A DNA stretch of 64,000 nt from Vicugna vicugna (GCA_013265495.1 MU058781.1:9095009-9159008), one strand, 5' to 3'. Positions 25,610 through 39,569 are shown, counted from the stretch's first letter. A program made the numbers and translations. The notes: generated by a model from the sequence alone, not told the origin.

Positions 25610-27751
25610 ACCTTTACACCTTGTTTTGTATTACTTCTGTAAAGTATCAAAGAGAATTTTAACAATTAGCAGTATTATAACTGACAAAATACTACAGAGA
25701 AGATTGAGAGTGTTCCGGGAGCTCACAGCAGAAGCACCCAGCACTCCTTCTCCAACTTTGATTTATATGATCCGTCTGAAGGGTGAGATACAGGCCAAAT
25801 GCTTGTCCAGGAATCAAGAGGCCGTGACTGGGCGTCAGTAATAAGTTGTGGCCATGATCGCTGGTTATTGCTTTTAGACCATGAAATGTTGCTCTCCTGC
25901 CTAGATGCATTGCTTGGGCTCCCTGGAGTTAATGGAAGAATTTTAACTGGGACACAGAATTTAAAATAGGTTATCTGTAGTGAGGAAGAAGAGTTAGCTT
26001 TCAGCTCTGGGGTGTTTCCCTCTCTGGTTCTTAAGCTTTTCATCTGTATGGTGGGTATTTTCTCTTTACTCTCCACATAGGGTGGTCAGCAGGACCCCAC
26101 AAGGTAACATAGATGAAAATGCTCAGCACAAAAGCTGTCACAAGGTAAATCCTCACAGTATGTTCTTTGATCTCTCAGAGCCGTCCTAAAGAACAGAGGA
26201 GGAGCAGATGGGAGGGTGCTTTGGAAGGTGTAGGGTGTGGTACCCCAGGGAGGCAATCAAAGGCAGCAGGAGAGCCAGCATTAGAGCCCGAGGGCCTGGG
26301 CGGCCACCTCATTTCTCAGATGTGCTCTTTGCACACTTACGCTGCCAAAAGTTTAACCAAGTTCAAGGAATGGGTGACCAGGCTAATGGCCAGGAGAATG
26401 AAGAACTGGGTAAAGTTAGTGCTCCAGAGAAATGTCTGGCACAGAGTCCTGATTTCCGGAACTTTCCAGTGCTGGCAGGTGTGAGATTGTGCAGTCACCG
26501 AGAGCCTTGCCAAGGAGATCCGATGCTAACTGCTGAGCACGGAGGGGAAAGTCCCTTGGTGGGTTGTGTGTGTGCTTCGAAGGGCAAGTCACAGAAGAGG
26601 GTAAAACAAGTATCAGGTCCAAAAACACTCTGCAGGCACTGAGACTTGGCCAGTTACAGAGTCAGAGTGTTTTGACCAGCTCCGAAGTGTGGAGCAAAGC
26701 GAGGAGACGGCGCTTGTCCCCTAGCATCCTTTCATGATGTTCTGTGTGTATCAAGTGTCTCCGAGCACAAGGGAAAAATATTTGAAAAGACAAGAAAAGG
26801 GGGAGAAGTACTGGTTTATATTTGTGAAACTGAAGCCTTCACGTATCATCTCCCCCCTCCCCTCCCTGCTCCCGTATCCACCCAAAACGCGGTAGGCATC
26901 CCAGCCTTGTTTCAGATCCAGGTTTAATCATGCTGCACGATTTCTTTGTTGAAAGCTTTGACCTTGAGGGAGAAATCTGCTTCCGAACTATTCCCAGTCC
27001 TAATCCTTCTAAGAGAGGAAATGGAGCTACTGTGATGGTTGGATGCACCCACGTGTGCCCCGGCTGGGGGAGGGGAAGGAGACGAGGGCAGCCTTGAGTC
27101 TGCCGGTAGGTCAAGGTCAGATGGCAAAGGGCAGAGGATGAGAGTGTGACTAAAACACGTACCTTGGCTTTGAGTTCTGAGGTGAGAGTATTTCCTGGTT
27201 AGCCTCCTTTCTTACCCGTCTCTAATCTGCCCCTTTCTGGCTTGATGACCTTCCTATCTTAGTGTAAGTCATGGCGGAAATCCTGTGAAACAGCTGAGCT
27301 CAGGCAAATGCCCCTCGCATTCTGGCATCCTGCAGTCAGCAGGGGTAGCCATAGACACTGTTAACTAGTTACTAACACTAATTATCTGTTTAGAGCTGGT
27401 TGTGTCTGTTGGCCACAGACACACAAAGGCTTTGGTATAAAAACGGCAGCCACAGATCACAGCTCAGTAGTATCCTGGGTTTATGTGAACAAATATTCAG
27501 AAAAATTGAAGATACTTTGTATTCAATGGCTTTAAAAAAAAAATCAGTCACAAAATGGCTCTTGGTATTCTGAGGGGGATGGTGGGCCTGGTTCTGCTGG
27601 TGTTTGAGGACAGGTGGCTTTCCTTTTCTCATATGTCAGATGAGGAGGCTGAATTAGAAGATTGCTATGGTTTCCCTTCTTTAAAAAAAAAAATTATATG
27701 ATTCCACAACTCTTCTGCCTCAGGCAACCGTTTGGGATGACCAGATTGACA

Positions 27752-27850
27752 AATATTTGGGACATACTTATTCTAGGAAACCATTCATTGTTCAACCATT
27801 GTTTAAATTCAGATTTAACTGGGTGTTCTCTGTTGTATCTGGCAACCCTA
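27752..27850. mobile_element. MER53 half-element
   Basis: aatatttgggacatacttat...aaattcagatttaactgggtg...atctggcaaccct. Confidence 0.75.
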
Positions 27851-28281
27851 CAACAGTTAAATTTTGGTTGGGAGGAGAGGAACCCTGGCTCCCCTTGCCC
27901 GGGCAACAGGCAGGACCAGCAAAAAGTGCCTGTGAGATCTGGCTCCTTCCCACCGGCCCGGCCTGGAGACCCCGCTGTCCCTCGTGACAAACTAAACTCT
28001 CTCCAGATCTTTCTAGGCGGGAGAGCTCAAACTTATATTTAATTTGGCCACATTTCCAATCAGTATTTAAAGAAAAAAAAAAACCCCTTCCGCTACAAGG
28101 AGATAATTTTTTTCTGTCTCCATGGAAATAAGTTCTAACACATAACCGAGGAGGCAGGTCCTCCTCAGCAGAAAATCTTGGACATCGTATGCGTTGGACT
28201 AGAAGTCGTTTTGTAAGTGTGACATGAACAGCACTTCAGGGAAAACAGGAGTCTTCTGAATTCGGAAGTAGAATTTGCCTT

Positions 28282-28384
28282 TTTCCCTTTTTTTTTTTTT
28301 TTAAATGGAGGTACTGGGGATTGAACCCAGGACCCCCTGCATGCTAAGCATGTGCTCTACCACTGAGCTACACCACTTCTTCCA
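28282..28384 (-). mobile_element. Vic-1-like SINE with perfect TSD
   Basis: Poly-T, then atggaggtactggggattgaacccagg...ctctaccactgagcta. TSD agaatttgcctt at 28270-28281 and 28385-28396. Confidence 0.92.
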
Positions 28385-28499
28385 AGAATTTGCCTTCAGA
28401 AGAAAAATGGGAAGAGATTTACATCTGTGTAGCATTTGTTAGCTGATAAAATTTTTTTCTTACCTTGTTTGAGTTAATTTTTTACAAATAACCCAATGA

Positions 28500-28625
28500 A
28501 AGGGGTATTGTATTAGTTCCATTTTATAGGTAAGGAATTTGGCTTAGAAATGTTACATTTCTTACCCACATCGCCCAGCAAGTCAATGGAAGATGGGGCT
28601 CGAACCCAGTTCTTTGACTGCAGTT
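28500..28625 (-). mobile_element. MIR fragment
   Basis: ccattttataggtaaggaa...ggcttaga...gctcgaacccag. Confidence 0.65.
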
Positions 28626-31600
28626 ACATTGCTCCTCCCTTCACTCTGCTGCCCTGCCCTGCAAGGACTTTTTTTCTAGAAAATCCCATATTTCAAGGGT
28701 CTCCATGGGGTCTAGAAAGAAAGTTCCAATGCTTTTTGCTGCTTTTTGCAGAATGGTAACATGCCAGTCTCTACTCAGGCCCCTTTTTGCTTCCTTACTC
28801 TTCTGGGCTTCTCCAGCAAGCCTTAGAGCTGGCCAGTCTGATTAGCATTATTTCAACAGATGAGGAAACTGTGGCTCAGATTGTTGAAATCAGAGCAGGC
28901 AAGCCACTGCTCACTTCCTCTCCCTGCAGTGATCAAACTGTGCTCAGCTCAGGAAATACTCAGAAAAGCTCGGATTCAGAGTAGGTGAGAAACAGCACAC
29001 ACATTCCCTAGAGATGGCTTTAAAAAAACAACACACTCTCCTCTTTCTCATTTCTTTTGCTGATATGGGAACACACCCTGTGTGTGTTTGATGACTGGTA
29101 ATACCTTAATTGCCATTAGTCAAATCCACTTCTGCAGTCTCTGGATGGATAGGGTAGGCTGGGTTCCAGGCATTGTTTATGCCAGGAAGCTAGAAAATTG
29201 ACCAGGACTCTTATACAAGCTTCACCATGCTGCTCTGAAAACAGATCTGCTTGTGTTAGGGCTTTGAGTACGAAATAGCCTTGTTTTCTTTTACAGGAAT
29301 CGTCTAAAACGTTTTCCTGTTGTATTTGAAAGGATGCTACTGATTTTATAGATTAATTAATTAGTTACTTCAGCTCCTGGAAAATAAATCACATGCCTCA
29401 CTCTCCCTGTGTGTAACATTTGTATTTACTCGTTTATATGTTTTATATATTTACATATTTTTGATCACTTGTGAGGAAGAGGAATAAAAGCTTACTGAAA
29501 CCGCATTGGACAAATGACTTTCAGAAAATACACACTAGCTGAGATTATGGGTGACTTTTTAGTTTCTTCTTTTACTCTCATGAATATAAAACCCCTTAAA
29601 AATTTTTTTTAATTGTAACAGAAAGGAAACCTTCATTGCCCAAACCTACATCTAAAAACTGATCTTGCCAACTGCCTCGCAGTCTCATTTCTTTGTAGCT
29701 GTTGACAAACAACACATATTAACATAATTGAGATAATTAAGGGCAGTGCCAGGTACTGTTACCCGACAGGCTTCTGCGGCAGGGACTGCCAATTTCCGCT
29801 CCCTTCTAACAGCCTGGAGGCGTGGAGATTAACACCTACAAAGTGTGGTGGCTTGAATATTGATGAGGGAAGAGAGACCGGCTGCTTCCTTTGATTAAAA
29901 CATTAGAAGAATAATTATTACAATAGTGAAATGGCTTCAGCCTTCTGTTAAGTTTTTTTTTTTTTCTTTTACTTCTCCAGTTTACTCTGTAGCCCTGAAA
30001 CATTTTTTTGGTTTTTTTTTCCCCCTCCATATGGCAGATCACAGTCATTGAAAATCTTATACTTCAAGTTGAGAACATTTTGTATGGATTGAGTTAGTGG
30101 TTCCCCAAGACAAGCTAATTTTCATTGTTGCTGAGGAGAGGAAAATATTACTTCTGGAGAGCCAGCAGGCATTTTATTAAACAGTTGTACCAGCTGGATA
30201 CAAATTATTGCCTTTATTTGAAACTACCATTTGTAGATGTCGGATGCTTTCACTTCGGTGGGAATTAAGTGATGGGACCAGCTAGGGTTCTCGTGTTGGC
30301 GGACTGCTTAGCAGGCCGACCTAGACTCAAATCGTGACCAACGTTGAGGCTATTGGCTGCTGATTTTACAACAAGGCTATGATTGCTTTTAACTTAGGTA
30401 CTGATTCCACTGTCACTCTTTTCTCTGTGTAAGGCTCTGGAAATGTTTAAGGTTTAGAGGAAAGAAGATACGCACACTGGGCAGAATCCCAATGCAGTAT
30501 TAATGCACTCCTTTTTCAGTTGTGATTTCTACAAAATTATCGCATATATGCTATTATGGCAGCCTCTGGGTCCCCTCTCTGGTATGAGATAAGAGACAAC
30601 CACCGCGTTTTTGCAAAGGACAAAGAAATGCTGGCATTACTTCTAAAGGTCTTGTGATCCAGAACGTGGTTCTGTTTGGGAAAAGAAAAAAAGGCACGCT
30701 CTGCCAAAAGTAGCACACGCCACGTTATCAGTGAATATCTCCATTCTGTATTTTTAGTGGGCAAATAAAATCTATCAGGACAGCATGATTTAGAAGGGTG
30801 GAGAGAGCCTCATAGTTTCCAGGGCAGGGAAAAGGCTACTCTGGTGCATTTTTGGTGGAACTGATGTGTTTTGGCAGTAACCTCCAGCTTCCTTTTTTTT
30901 TTCCTCTATGCATAGTCTTTTTTTTTTTTTGTAATGGAAAAATACAGCACAAGACCCTGAGAGTTGAGAAGTGACTGCTGAGAACACTGCCTATTGCTTT
31001 TTTACTAGTATTTGTTTTCTGCTGCCTTCTTGCTGGATATCTGTTTATTTAAAAAAAAATCAAGTGCTTTCCTGTCAAAAACTTAATTGAATTGGGCTTA
31101 TTCAAATCCTGAGGGAAAAGTGCCTTTTGGTCATTTCATCCCTTCAAAATCTGCTACCTTTTGACCTAATGGGTTAAAACAAAAAAGCCTTCTGTGTAAT
31201 TGTACGAGTTGGGAACCCAGATAATTTCCTCACCCAAATCATCCTCCTCCGTCCTCCCGCAGAGTCTCCCATTCCCTTGTAGTTTCTCGGGGGAGCTCGA
31301 AGTCAACCTTGGACAAACCAGCGCTTTTTTGAAGATGGTGAAAATGACACCGAGTTAGAATATCATTCTAGATTAAGTGGGTGCAGGAATAGGGAGGCTG
31401 TGCACCGTAGGTTAGCCACATAGAACCCTGTGTCTGTGGCTCTGAAGGGGTGTTCTCACTGTTTTGAGCAGAGTAAGAGGATGGAGGCGAGTTTGGTAGC
31501 ATTACCTTAATTCTTTCTCTGTGAAACATGAGCCCCTGGTGAAAGTATGTGACCACCTCCAACTCCGTTTAATCTGGCAGGTTGGTTGGTCCTGTGGGAA

Positions 31601-31844
31601 GATTCCCCTCCACCTGCAGTTTCTCCTCCTCTCCAAACAGTGCTTCACCATAAAACCATGGGAGATGCTTCTTGCCTGTTCTGCATTCAAGAGAGGAGCT
31701 GAGATCAGGTCCATGTGGTGGGCCTTGTGTGAGGTCTTGGTACATGGAGATGCGGAATTGCAGCTCAGCATCCACGGATATACATCTCTGTGTGTGCGTG
31801 CCTTTGAAATTTAACCCCCCAAAATACCATAAAAATTAAGTACC

Positions 31845-32274
31845 TGCATTCATTTCCAGTGCTGCTATAACAAATTATCATATACTGGTGACTTGAAACA
31901 ACAGAAACTTTCTCTCTCCCAGTTCTGAGGCTAGAAGTCCAAAAGCAAGGTGTCAACAGAGCTTTACTCTCTCTGAACGCTCTAGGGGAGAGTGTGTTCC
32001 GTGCCTCTTCCAGCTTCTCAGGACTGTTGGCCTTCCCTGGCTTGTAGCTGCATCTTTCTTATCTCTGCCTTCATCTTCCTCTGTGTGTCTCTATTAAGGA
32101 TACTTGTCATTGGATTGAGGACCTACCTGAATAACCTACGCTGCTCTCTTCATCTCAAGATTCTAACTTCATTACATTTGCAAAGACCTTTTTTCCAAAT
32201 AAAATCACTTTCACAAGTTCTGGGGATTAGGATGTGGGCATCTCTTTTAGGGGGCCACCATCTAGCCCTCTGCA
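31845..32274 (-). mobile_element. MLT1 solo LTR (MLT1C/D-like)
   Basis: gctgctataacaaatta...cagttctgaggctagaagtcc...ttccaaataa. TSD gtacc/gtccc. Confidence 0.88.
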
Positions 32275-33929
32275 GTCCCCAAAGCCGATTGTTTGCACAT
32301 AGGAAAATGTTTAGAAATAGGTGCAATATTATAAATTGGTAGATTGATTCTCATAAATGTATTTTTCTTTTTATATGCCTTAATTTATTCCAAAAAGATT
32401 TTAAGGTAGATGTGTAAGATTATACATTGTTTAGGGAGAGAAATGACTTTTATTCTAAACTGGTAATGGTCTTGCAGGTACACTCTGGTCTCTGGAAATT
32501 GCAAGCCTTTCTCAGGTGCCTCCAAGCACAAGGAGCCCTCATTCACAAAAGGAGAGAGAGGCTATTTCTCCAACTGTCTTGCCCAGATTCTGCCAAGGAC
32601 CATGTCCTGCCCACTTTGCTGCATCTCCTGGTAAGTTTCTCCCACAAGCTCTTTCAAAGGCAATGATTCTCTATCTTCTTGCAATCGGAGACACTCATTT
32701 ACTATTTGTTGACTCATCCTCCTTAAAGGAGGGTAAGGGGGAGAATGTCCTCAGCATCCCAGAATACTCCCTGGTGAGCTGGCCAAAGATGAAGACGCAG
32801 AGGACCTCAACTGACTAGCATGCATTTCTTTGGCATGCAGCCCACAGACTCATGTGAGACCTGGGGACGGGTCTGTAAAATGAAATACTCCCTTCTTCCA
32901 CATGCTTCCTGCCCCTGCTCCCTGAGGCTCACACGCCGTTACTCTCCTGCACATCTTCTTCCACAAAGTGCAGCACTCCTGGTACGTTGAGTCAATACCT
33001 CTCTTAAGGCCCTGCCAGGTTATAAACTCTAGCTCCCCGTGAACATGTCCCAGCGTGCTGGTCCCAATTCTTGGATTTGGTGATAAACGGTGAGGAGAGG
33101 AGCCCTCGTTCAGACTTGAGCCTCAGCTGTGGACTCCAATCCTGGTTTTCTCAGAAGCCAGTATGGGGGGTTTCGGAGCACGTGTGCTGTTACTAAGACT
33201 GTGCATTTTGATTCTTACCTTGTCCTTGTTCCTTGAGCATCACTCATTCCAGAATCCTGGAGAGAGATGGGGTATTTGCAGTCAGCATTCAGACATTCTT
33301 GGATTTTCCAGCCATAATGCCTTCCAAGTATCTAAACCTCTTGCAGGGGACACTCAATTCTTTGATTAGCTCAGTGAAATATTATACTCTTTGTAATTGA
33401 CATCTGGCATCATAAAAAGGAGTATTTTTTCAGAAACTGTGGCCTATAACCAAACCCCCTGCTGCTTCTTGGCTTGAGCCTATGCCCTCTACTCGGGAGG
33501 CTGTGAGGGAAGAGAGGCCCAGCCATCAGCTTGGAGTGTGACCAATCAGATCAGCAGTTCCTCTTGAGAAGGAGAAAAAGCAGAAGCAGGTAGGGCGTGG
33601 GAAGAGCAGAATACATCTCCCTCCCTGCTGCTTTCATTTACCTGGTTTGTGTCGGACTTGGGTCTAGGGTGTGATGGTCCCTGTTTCATCCTGTTATCCC
33701 TCTGCTGGGTCAAGGTTTGCTCCAAGACCAAGGCCTGTCTTAGGTGGGCTGCCCCAGGGCCTTAACCTGTCTCATTCTGACATTCCTTCTCTGAAATGTC
33801 TTCTTCCCTATAGCTTGTGTTTATGCTTGGTGAAGGATTTCTTAGACTCTGATCCAAGAAGCAAGAGTCCTGAGAGCTGTTTTGACAGGAGGAATAAAAG
33901 GGGATCTGGCATCTAATATGTTTGGAAGA

Positions 33930-34088
33930 CTCAGCATGCTATAATCCCCTCCTGGAGATTCATAACACACATTAAAAGCCTCTTTAACCTTGGTTAATGT
34001 GGAGTTTCCCAAACTTATTTGACCCCAGAACTCCACTTTCACATAACACCTATTAATAGGGAGAGACACATTCTGGAAAATACTGGCC
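33930..34088. mobile_element. Charlie-type hAT relic
   Basis: tttcccaaacttatttgacc motif. A similar stretch lies at ~49740-49810. Confidence 0.45.
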
Positions 34089-34328
34089 TGGAAGAAGAGA
34101 TGTTGGATTTTGAAACAAAAGGCCTGTGTCTGAATCTCCTGTTTGAGTTTCTAACTGTTGGCATCAGATAAGTCATTAGTGACCTCAATTGCCTTATATA
34201 TAAAAATGAGTGTATACAACACTGGCTTACCTGCCTAGCAGGGTGGTAAGAAACAAGGACGTCTCTGAAAGTGGTTCTAAAATTACGGTAGGCTGTTCGA
34301 ACATAGTCCTGTGCATGTAGATCTATAA

Positions 34329-34540
34329 CAGGGGAATGGCCCGCAGACTAAATCAGTCCCCCTGCCTGATTTTTGTAAATGAAGTTTTATTGGCACACAG
34401 CCACGTTCATTTGTTCACACATCATCTGTGGCTTGCACTCTGGTGGCAGAACCGAGTTGCTGAGACAGAGACCGTATGGCTCCCAAAGCCCAAAAGGTTT
34501 ATTATTTGGCCCTATAGAGAAATTGTTCACTGACCCTCTG
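34329..34540. mobile_element. MER58A hAT-Charlie MITE
   Basis: cagggg...tttttgtaaatgaagttttattggcacacagccac...gagaccgtatgg...tgaccctctg. 8-bp TSD atctataa/atctctaa. Confidence 0.9.
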
Positions 34541-36071
34541 ATCTCTAATAAAAGAAGACATTTATACTCAAGGACTTGTTACGTGTACAGGAGGAAAGAT
34601 GGCAGATGTCGCTCTGGTGCACTTGGGAAACTGTGATGTGGTGATGGGCAAAGCCCCAGGCTGGATTCCTGTCACAGGGTCCCCAGGGGGCTCTGCCTCT
34701 CTCACCAGGTAGATCAGGAGGTAAGGTCTCCAGGCCGAGCAGGAAGGAGGCGAAACAACTGCACAGAGACTTTCTCTAGATGACAGCTTGGGTGGTGAAC
34801 ATGCCTGGACACTTGTAGCAGATTCCGGAAAGTTGCCCGGTTCACCCAAGTGGAAGGAGGAGCCAAAGAGCATGCAGCTCCCGGCCTGGGGAAGGGGTGG
34901 AGTGGCAGTGCGTCACAGATGCATTATTACGAGTTGCCGCTGAGGACATAGTATTCTTAGGAGTTTCTAAAATCCTTAGAAACCAGAGATAGGTATTCAC
35001 TTGCAAACACATGTCTCAAAGGATCGCCAGGGCATTGAAGTGTCCTGGTGACACCTCTGAACGTTTCATCCTCAGGTCCCCCACTAGTGTGTAAGTGGGT
35101 GTTTAGGACCCCCGGTCCCCACTCTCAAGCACTCAGAGAGATCGGCATTCTGAAAATCCATCTTCATGATTTTTCGGAACTCGGCACCTTCAACTCAGCT
35201 GCTTTATGTTCCCAGACCAAGAATGCAAAGAGGGAAGCCCCAAAGCATTCCTGGAAAGAGGAATGTTCTCCACTTAGTAGGTGGGTGAGTAACTTGATAA
35301 AAGCCTTAACGCCAGAAGCCGGATGATGGTGATACGGCTCAGACCCCTGTTTCTGGTCTCCACGGTCACAAGCTGCTAACAGCATCTGGCGTCCGTAACT
35401 CTGGGTGGAGGAATGCTCGCAGGGCTATTTGTGGAGCCTGTCTCTGAGAGCACACTTAAGACACCTCATACATTTCCAGGCTCCCTCCCCACCTCGTGGG
35501 GGCCTAGACTGTGATGATGTTTATGACGGAGAGGGAGAAAATGTTCTGGAGAGTCACCATGACATTTCAGTGCTCTGTTAATCCTTTGAGAATGGCTCTT
35601 GCAAGTGTGCACTTACCTCTAGTCCCCGAGGATTTCAGAAACGCAAAGAAGCAGAGAGTGAAAATCACAACTCGGGGTCAGACTAGCTAATTTTTCTGCT
35701 GGTTCTACCCTGCAGAGTCGTCAACTTCCCTTAGCAATTTAGAGGCAAATGGACTTGACTTCTGCTTGAATGTCACATCCCTCCACCACCTGGGGACAGT
35801 TTTATTCCCTAGGACTCGCCTGCCTTCCACTGCACGCAGGCAGGAGCATCACCGTCCCACATTAGCCCCCCACCGTCCCTTCTCTTCATCTCGCCCCTCC
35901 AGCCCCATCTTCAGGGAGCCTTTGCTGACATCTCTGAGCCCATTTATCTGAACTCTCTCAGAACTTAAGTTCTGTACTGCAGTTTAACATTTAATTAGAG
36001 CCTATTAAAGTCCACTTTATATATATATGTATATAGTTTTACTCTTCTTTCCAGCAGGAAGGATCCAGCTC

Positions 36072-36186
36072 TTTTTTTTTTAAGGGGGTGGTAATTAGGT
36101 TTATTTATTTATTTTTAATGGAGATACTGGGGAGTGAACCCAGGACCTTGGGCATGCACTCTACCACTGAGCTATACCCTCCCTCC
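36072..36186 (-). mobile_element. Vic-1-like SINE with short internal deletion
   Basis: ggtaattaggtttatttattt...atggagatactgggg...gaacccaggacc...ctctaccactgagctataccctcc. Confidence 0.88.
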
Positions 36187-36574
36187 TAAACATCCACTTC
36201 TTGAAAGCAGAGGCCATCTGCTTCATTTGAACCTCCCCCGCCTGTTTAAAAGAATGGTTAGCCTAATAGTAGTTTGTCAGTTAAATGCTGTTGAAAATGA
36301 GAATTTTGAAGATAAGTTTTCAGTGTCTCTCGTGACTACGTTTAGAAAAAATGACAGGGTTCAGAGAGAGATGATGGAAATGCCGGCTTCAGAGTATTAG
36401 CTGTGTTCATTCCAGGACTCAGGTGCACCTGGAAGGCTGGGGGAGGAGGGGCACCCAGACCTGTTTGCATTTGATCCAAGGAGTTTCCTGGGAAGGAACT
36501 CAGCCTTGGGGAAGAGAGAGTAAAGGGTCATAACATTTGGACAAGGCCTGCAGGCCAGCAAGGGACAGAAGGGA

Positions 36575-36929
36575 TTTATGAGTTTCCTGGGGCTGCCGTA
36601 ACGAAGTACCACAAATTGAGTGGTGTAGGACAACAGAAATGTGTTCTGTCTCAGTTCTGGAGGCTAGAAGCTGGAATTAAGATGTTGGCAGGTCCAGGTC
36701 CTTTAGGGGAAGTCCTTCCTGACCTCTTCCCTCTGTGTGTCTGTCTTCAGATGGGGTCCTCTCTTTCATAAGGAGACCAGACCTACAGATTAAGGGCCCA
36801 CCCTGACAATCTCATCTTAACTTGATTGCGTTTGTGAAGACCCTCTTTGCAAATAAATTCACCTTCACAGGTACTGGAGGTTAGGACTTCAGTACATCAT
36901 TTTGGGGGATATAATTTGACTTTATAACA
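36575..36929 (-). mobile_element. MLT1 solo LTR
   Basis: gggctgccgtaacgaagtaccacaaa...ttctggaggctagaag...ggttaggacttca. TSD aggga/agaga. Confidence 0.88.
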
Positions 36930-37051
36930 AGAGACATCTTTAATAGAGAGTGTAAGTTATTCTTTAATACCATTGTTTTCTTTAAGGCCTCTGAGAAGTC
37001 AGTAAAAGTAGATCTTTATAAAACAATGAATTTATATTCTTTTGTTGTATA

Positions 37052-37361
37052 TAGTCAGCCCTCTGTACCTGTGGGTTCCATGTCTGCAGATTCAACCAAT
37101 GGCAGATTGAAAGTGTTTGGGGAGAAAAAGTTCCAAAAAGCAGAAATTGAATTTGCCATGTGCCGCCAACTATTTACATAGCAGTTACATTGTATTAAGT
37201 ATTATAAGTTATCTAAAGATGATTTAAAGTACAGTGGAGGATGTTCATAGGTTATACGCAGATACTACACCATTTTATGTGACGGACTTGAGCGTCTGTG
37301 CATCTGGGGACTGCGGGGTTCCTGGGACCAATCCCGTTGGACACCAGAGTCGAGCCGACTG
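37052..37361 (-). mobile_element. MER2-like TcMar-Tigger element
   Basis: Preceded by TA: tagtcagccctctgta...gattcaaccaa...gatgatttaaagta...accaatccc...gactg. Confidence 0.88.
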
Positions 37362-39026
37362 TCTTGGGGCTGAACTTGACTTACTTGTGAGGCTATAGGC
37401 ATCTTTCTCCCCTTGAGACTGGAACCTGGTGGAAACTGAGCAGAGGCAGCCCCACCAACACCAGCAGCGGGAAAGCAGCAGGGGCTTCAGAAGGAGAGAG
37501 TGGCCGAGAGGACTGTCCCTAAGCACGCGCTGGAGGAGTCAGACCTCACTGGGGACCATGAGCAACACTCTTCCCCGCTTTTCTGCCTGCCTCTGAGCCC
37601 TCCTCCCGCCGGCCTCTGTGGGCTGTCTTCTGTGTGTCTCAGCTCTCACTGTCCCATGCTGTCTGTCTGCACTGCTGCCCTTTCCACCTCCTTTGCCTTT
37701 ACAAATGGACGACCATGGCTTGTGCTTGGGAACCAGTCTCACTGCCGGGTGCTCCTCTCCGTATCCAGAACATTCTCTAACCTGCCGGCCGTGGAAGGGT
37801 GGACAGCCCCCTGCAGCTTCAGGTGGAGAGATCAATTTCTGGAAAGTGTGAAGCCTCTCGTGCCCTCTTGCTTCCCTCTCCCCGCAGTGGGCTGATGTTT
37901 CCAGGTCGCACGGGTGTCCTCTGGCTGTAACAGCTCTGACCCCCTGCCCAGAACTGTGAGGGCCAGAGCTGTGTGTACCTGCTGTTGGCTGAGCTGGCTT
38001 GGAAGTGTCCCCAATGAGCTCCCTCTCATCACCCTTTTTATTTGGTTACGGGCATCCTCCTTCATGATGTAAAATAGGAATTAGGCTAATACCGGCCTCT
38101 CAGTCTTGAGGCTCTAATCTGGTGCCTTGGGGAAAAGCTGGGGTGGCCCGGCCGGTCCCGGGACATCTGCTCTGGAGGTGATCCTGAGCCGGGCAGCAAT
38201 GGCCAGGTTGCATCTGCAGTAACCACAGCCCTGGCACATCCTCCCGAGCCGGGACCCTGGGGATCTTGTGACTGGAAACGCCAGCTTCTGCTGGTGTCAC
38301 AGCCTCCTCCTACGGGGCGGAGGGAGCGGGGAAGGTCTGAGCTCACCCTCCCACTCCCTGGCTGGCTGGCTCCAGGCTGTGCCCTCACTCACCTCCCTGT
38401 CCCCCGGGGCCACAGCAGGCCAGGGAGAGGGATGCTGTGGTCACCAGCCCGCCAGCCAGAGCCTGCGTGATGCTTTTGCCAGATGCATAATCAAGGCACT
38501 AGAGGCAACTAGGCAAACAGAAAGAACAAAGCACCAAGTCCTGAGATTTGGGCCAATATTTCAGAGTTGAAAAATCTTTGTTAACATGAGAGTGTGTGTG
38601 GATGATACGTTCTTGCATGTGCTTATGCTTACGTGTTTACTTACAGAGGCTTAATCATTAAATCATGTTATCCCCTAAAGATGTTCTCAGCGGCAACAAA
38701 TCCTTGGCATGAGATATCAGAGCAATAAAAACTACTCATGACAGGCAGGATGCTGCTGGAGTGCATAAAATAAATTTTAAAAACTAGGTTAAAACAGTAG
38801 GAGGCATGCTAGTCTAGCAGAAATAAAAATGACAGTCTGAGATTGTCAAATCTAGATCTTTTCCTGAATAACTACTGCACTATTTTTAGCTCTTATCTTT
38901 TTTAGTGTGTAAAAAAGATGATAACTTTGCCTTTTCTCCCAGTTCCTGCCCAGAGCTTCTCCATCTTCTTTGAGTGTGAAATCAAAATAATGTTAAAAAG
39001 ATATCATTAATTGACAGATTGATAAT

Positions 39027-39399
39027 ATTTTTAAATTGAATACAGTTGATTTACAGTGTTGTGTTAGTTTCTGGTGTACAGCACAGTGATTTGGTTTTAT
39101 GTATATATTCTTTTTCATTATAGGTTATTACAAAATATTGAATATAGTACCCTGTGCTAGACAGTAGGACCTTGTTGCTTATCTGTTTTATAAGTTAATA
39201 GTTTGTATCTGCTAATCCCAAACTCCCAGTTTATCCCTCCCTACTGTTTCCCCTTTGGTAACCATAAGTTTATTTTCCATGTCTGTGAGTCCGTTTCTGC
39301 TTCGTAAATAAATTCATTTGTATCATTTTTTTAGATTCCACATATAAGTGATATATGGTATTTGTCTTTGATTTCCTTCACTTAGTATGATAAATCTCT
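39027..39399 (-). mobile_element. L1 3' end, same type as 1166-1494
   Basis: gttgatttacagtgttgtgttagtttctggtgtacagc...aatatagtaccctgtgcta...gattccacatataagtga. Confidence 0.9.
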
Positions 39400-39569
39400 G
39401 CTAGACTGATAAGTTGATTCAACGAGTTGGGTTTGGAATAAATGCAAGGAAGGAGGAAACTTGAGGGATATAGAGTGTATTTTTGCATTTTTAGAGACTT
39501 TCTTCTCACATGAAATTGGCTTTAATTTTTAGGCTGATATCAGCTCATCAGGATTAATAATATTGACAA

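Noticed and set aside
26167..26642. Longest ORFs in the track (105-144 aa)
   Set aside because: Overlapping frames in GC-richer sequence with no recognisable domain or exon boundaries.
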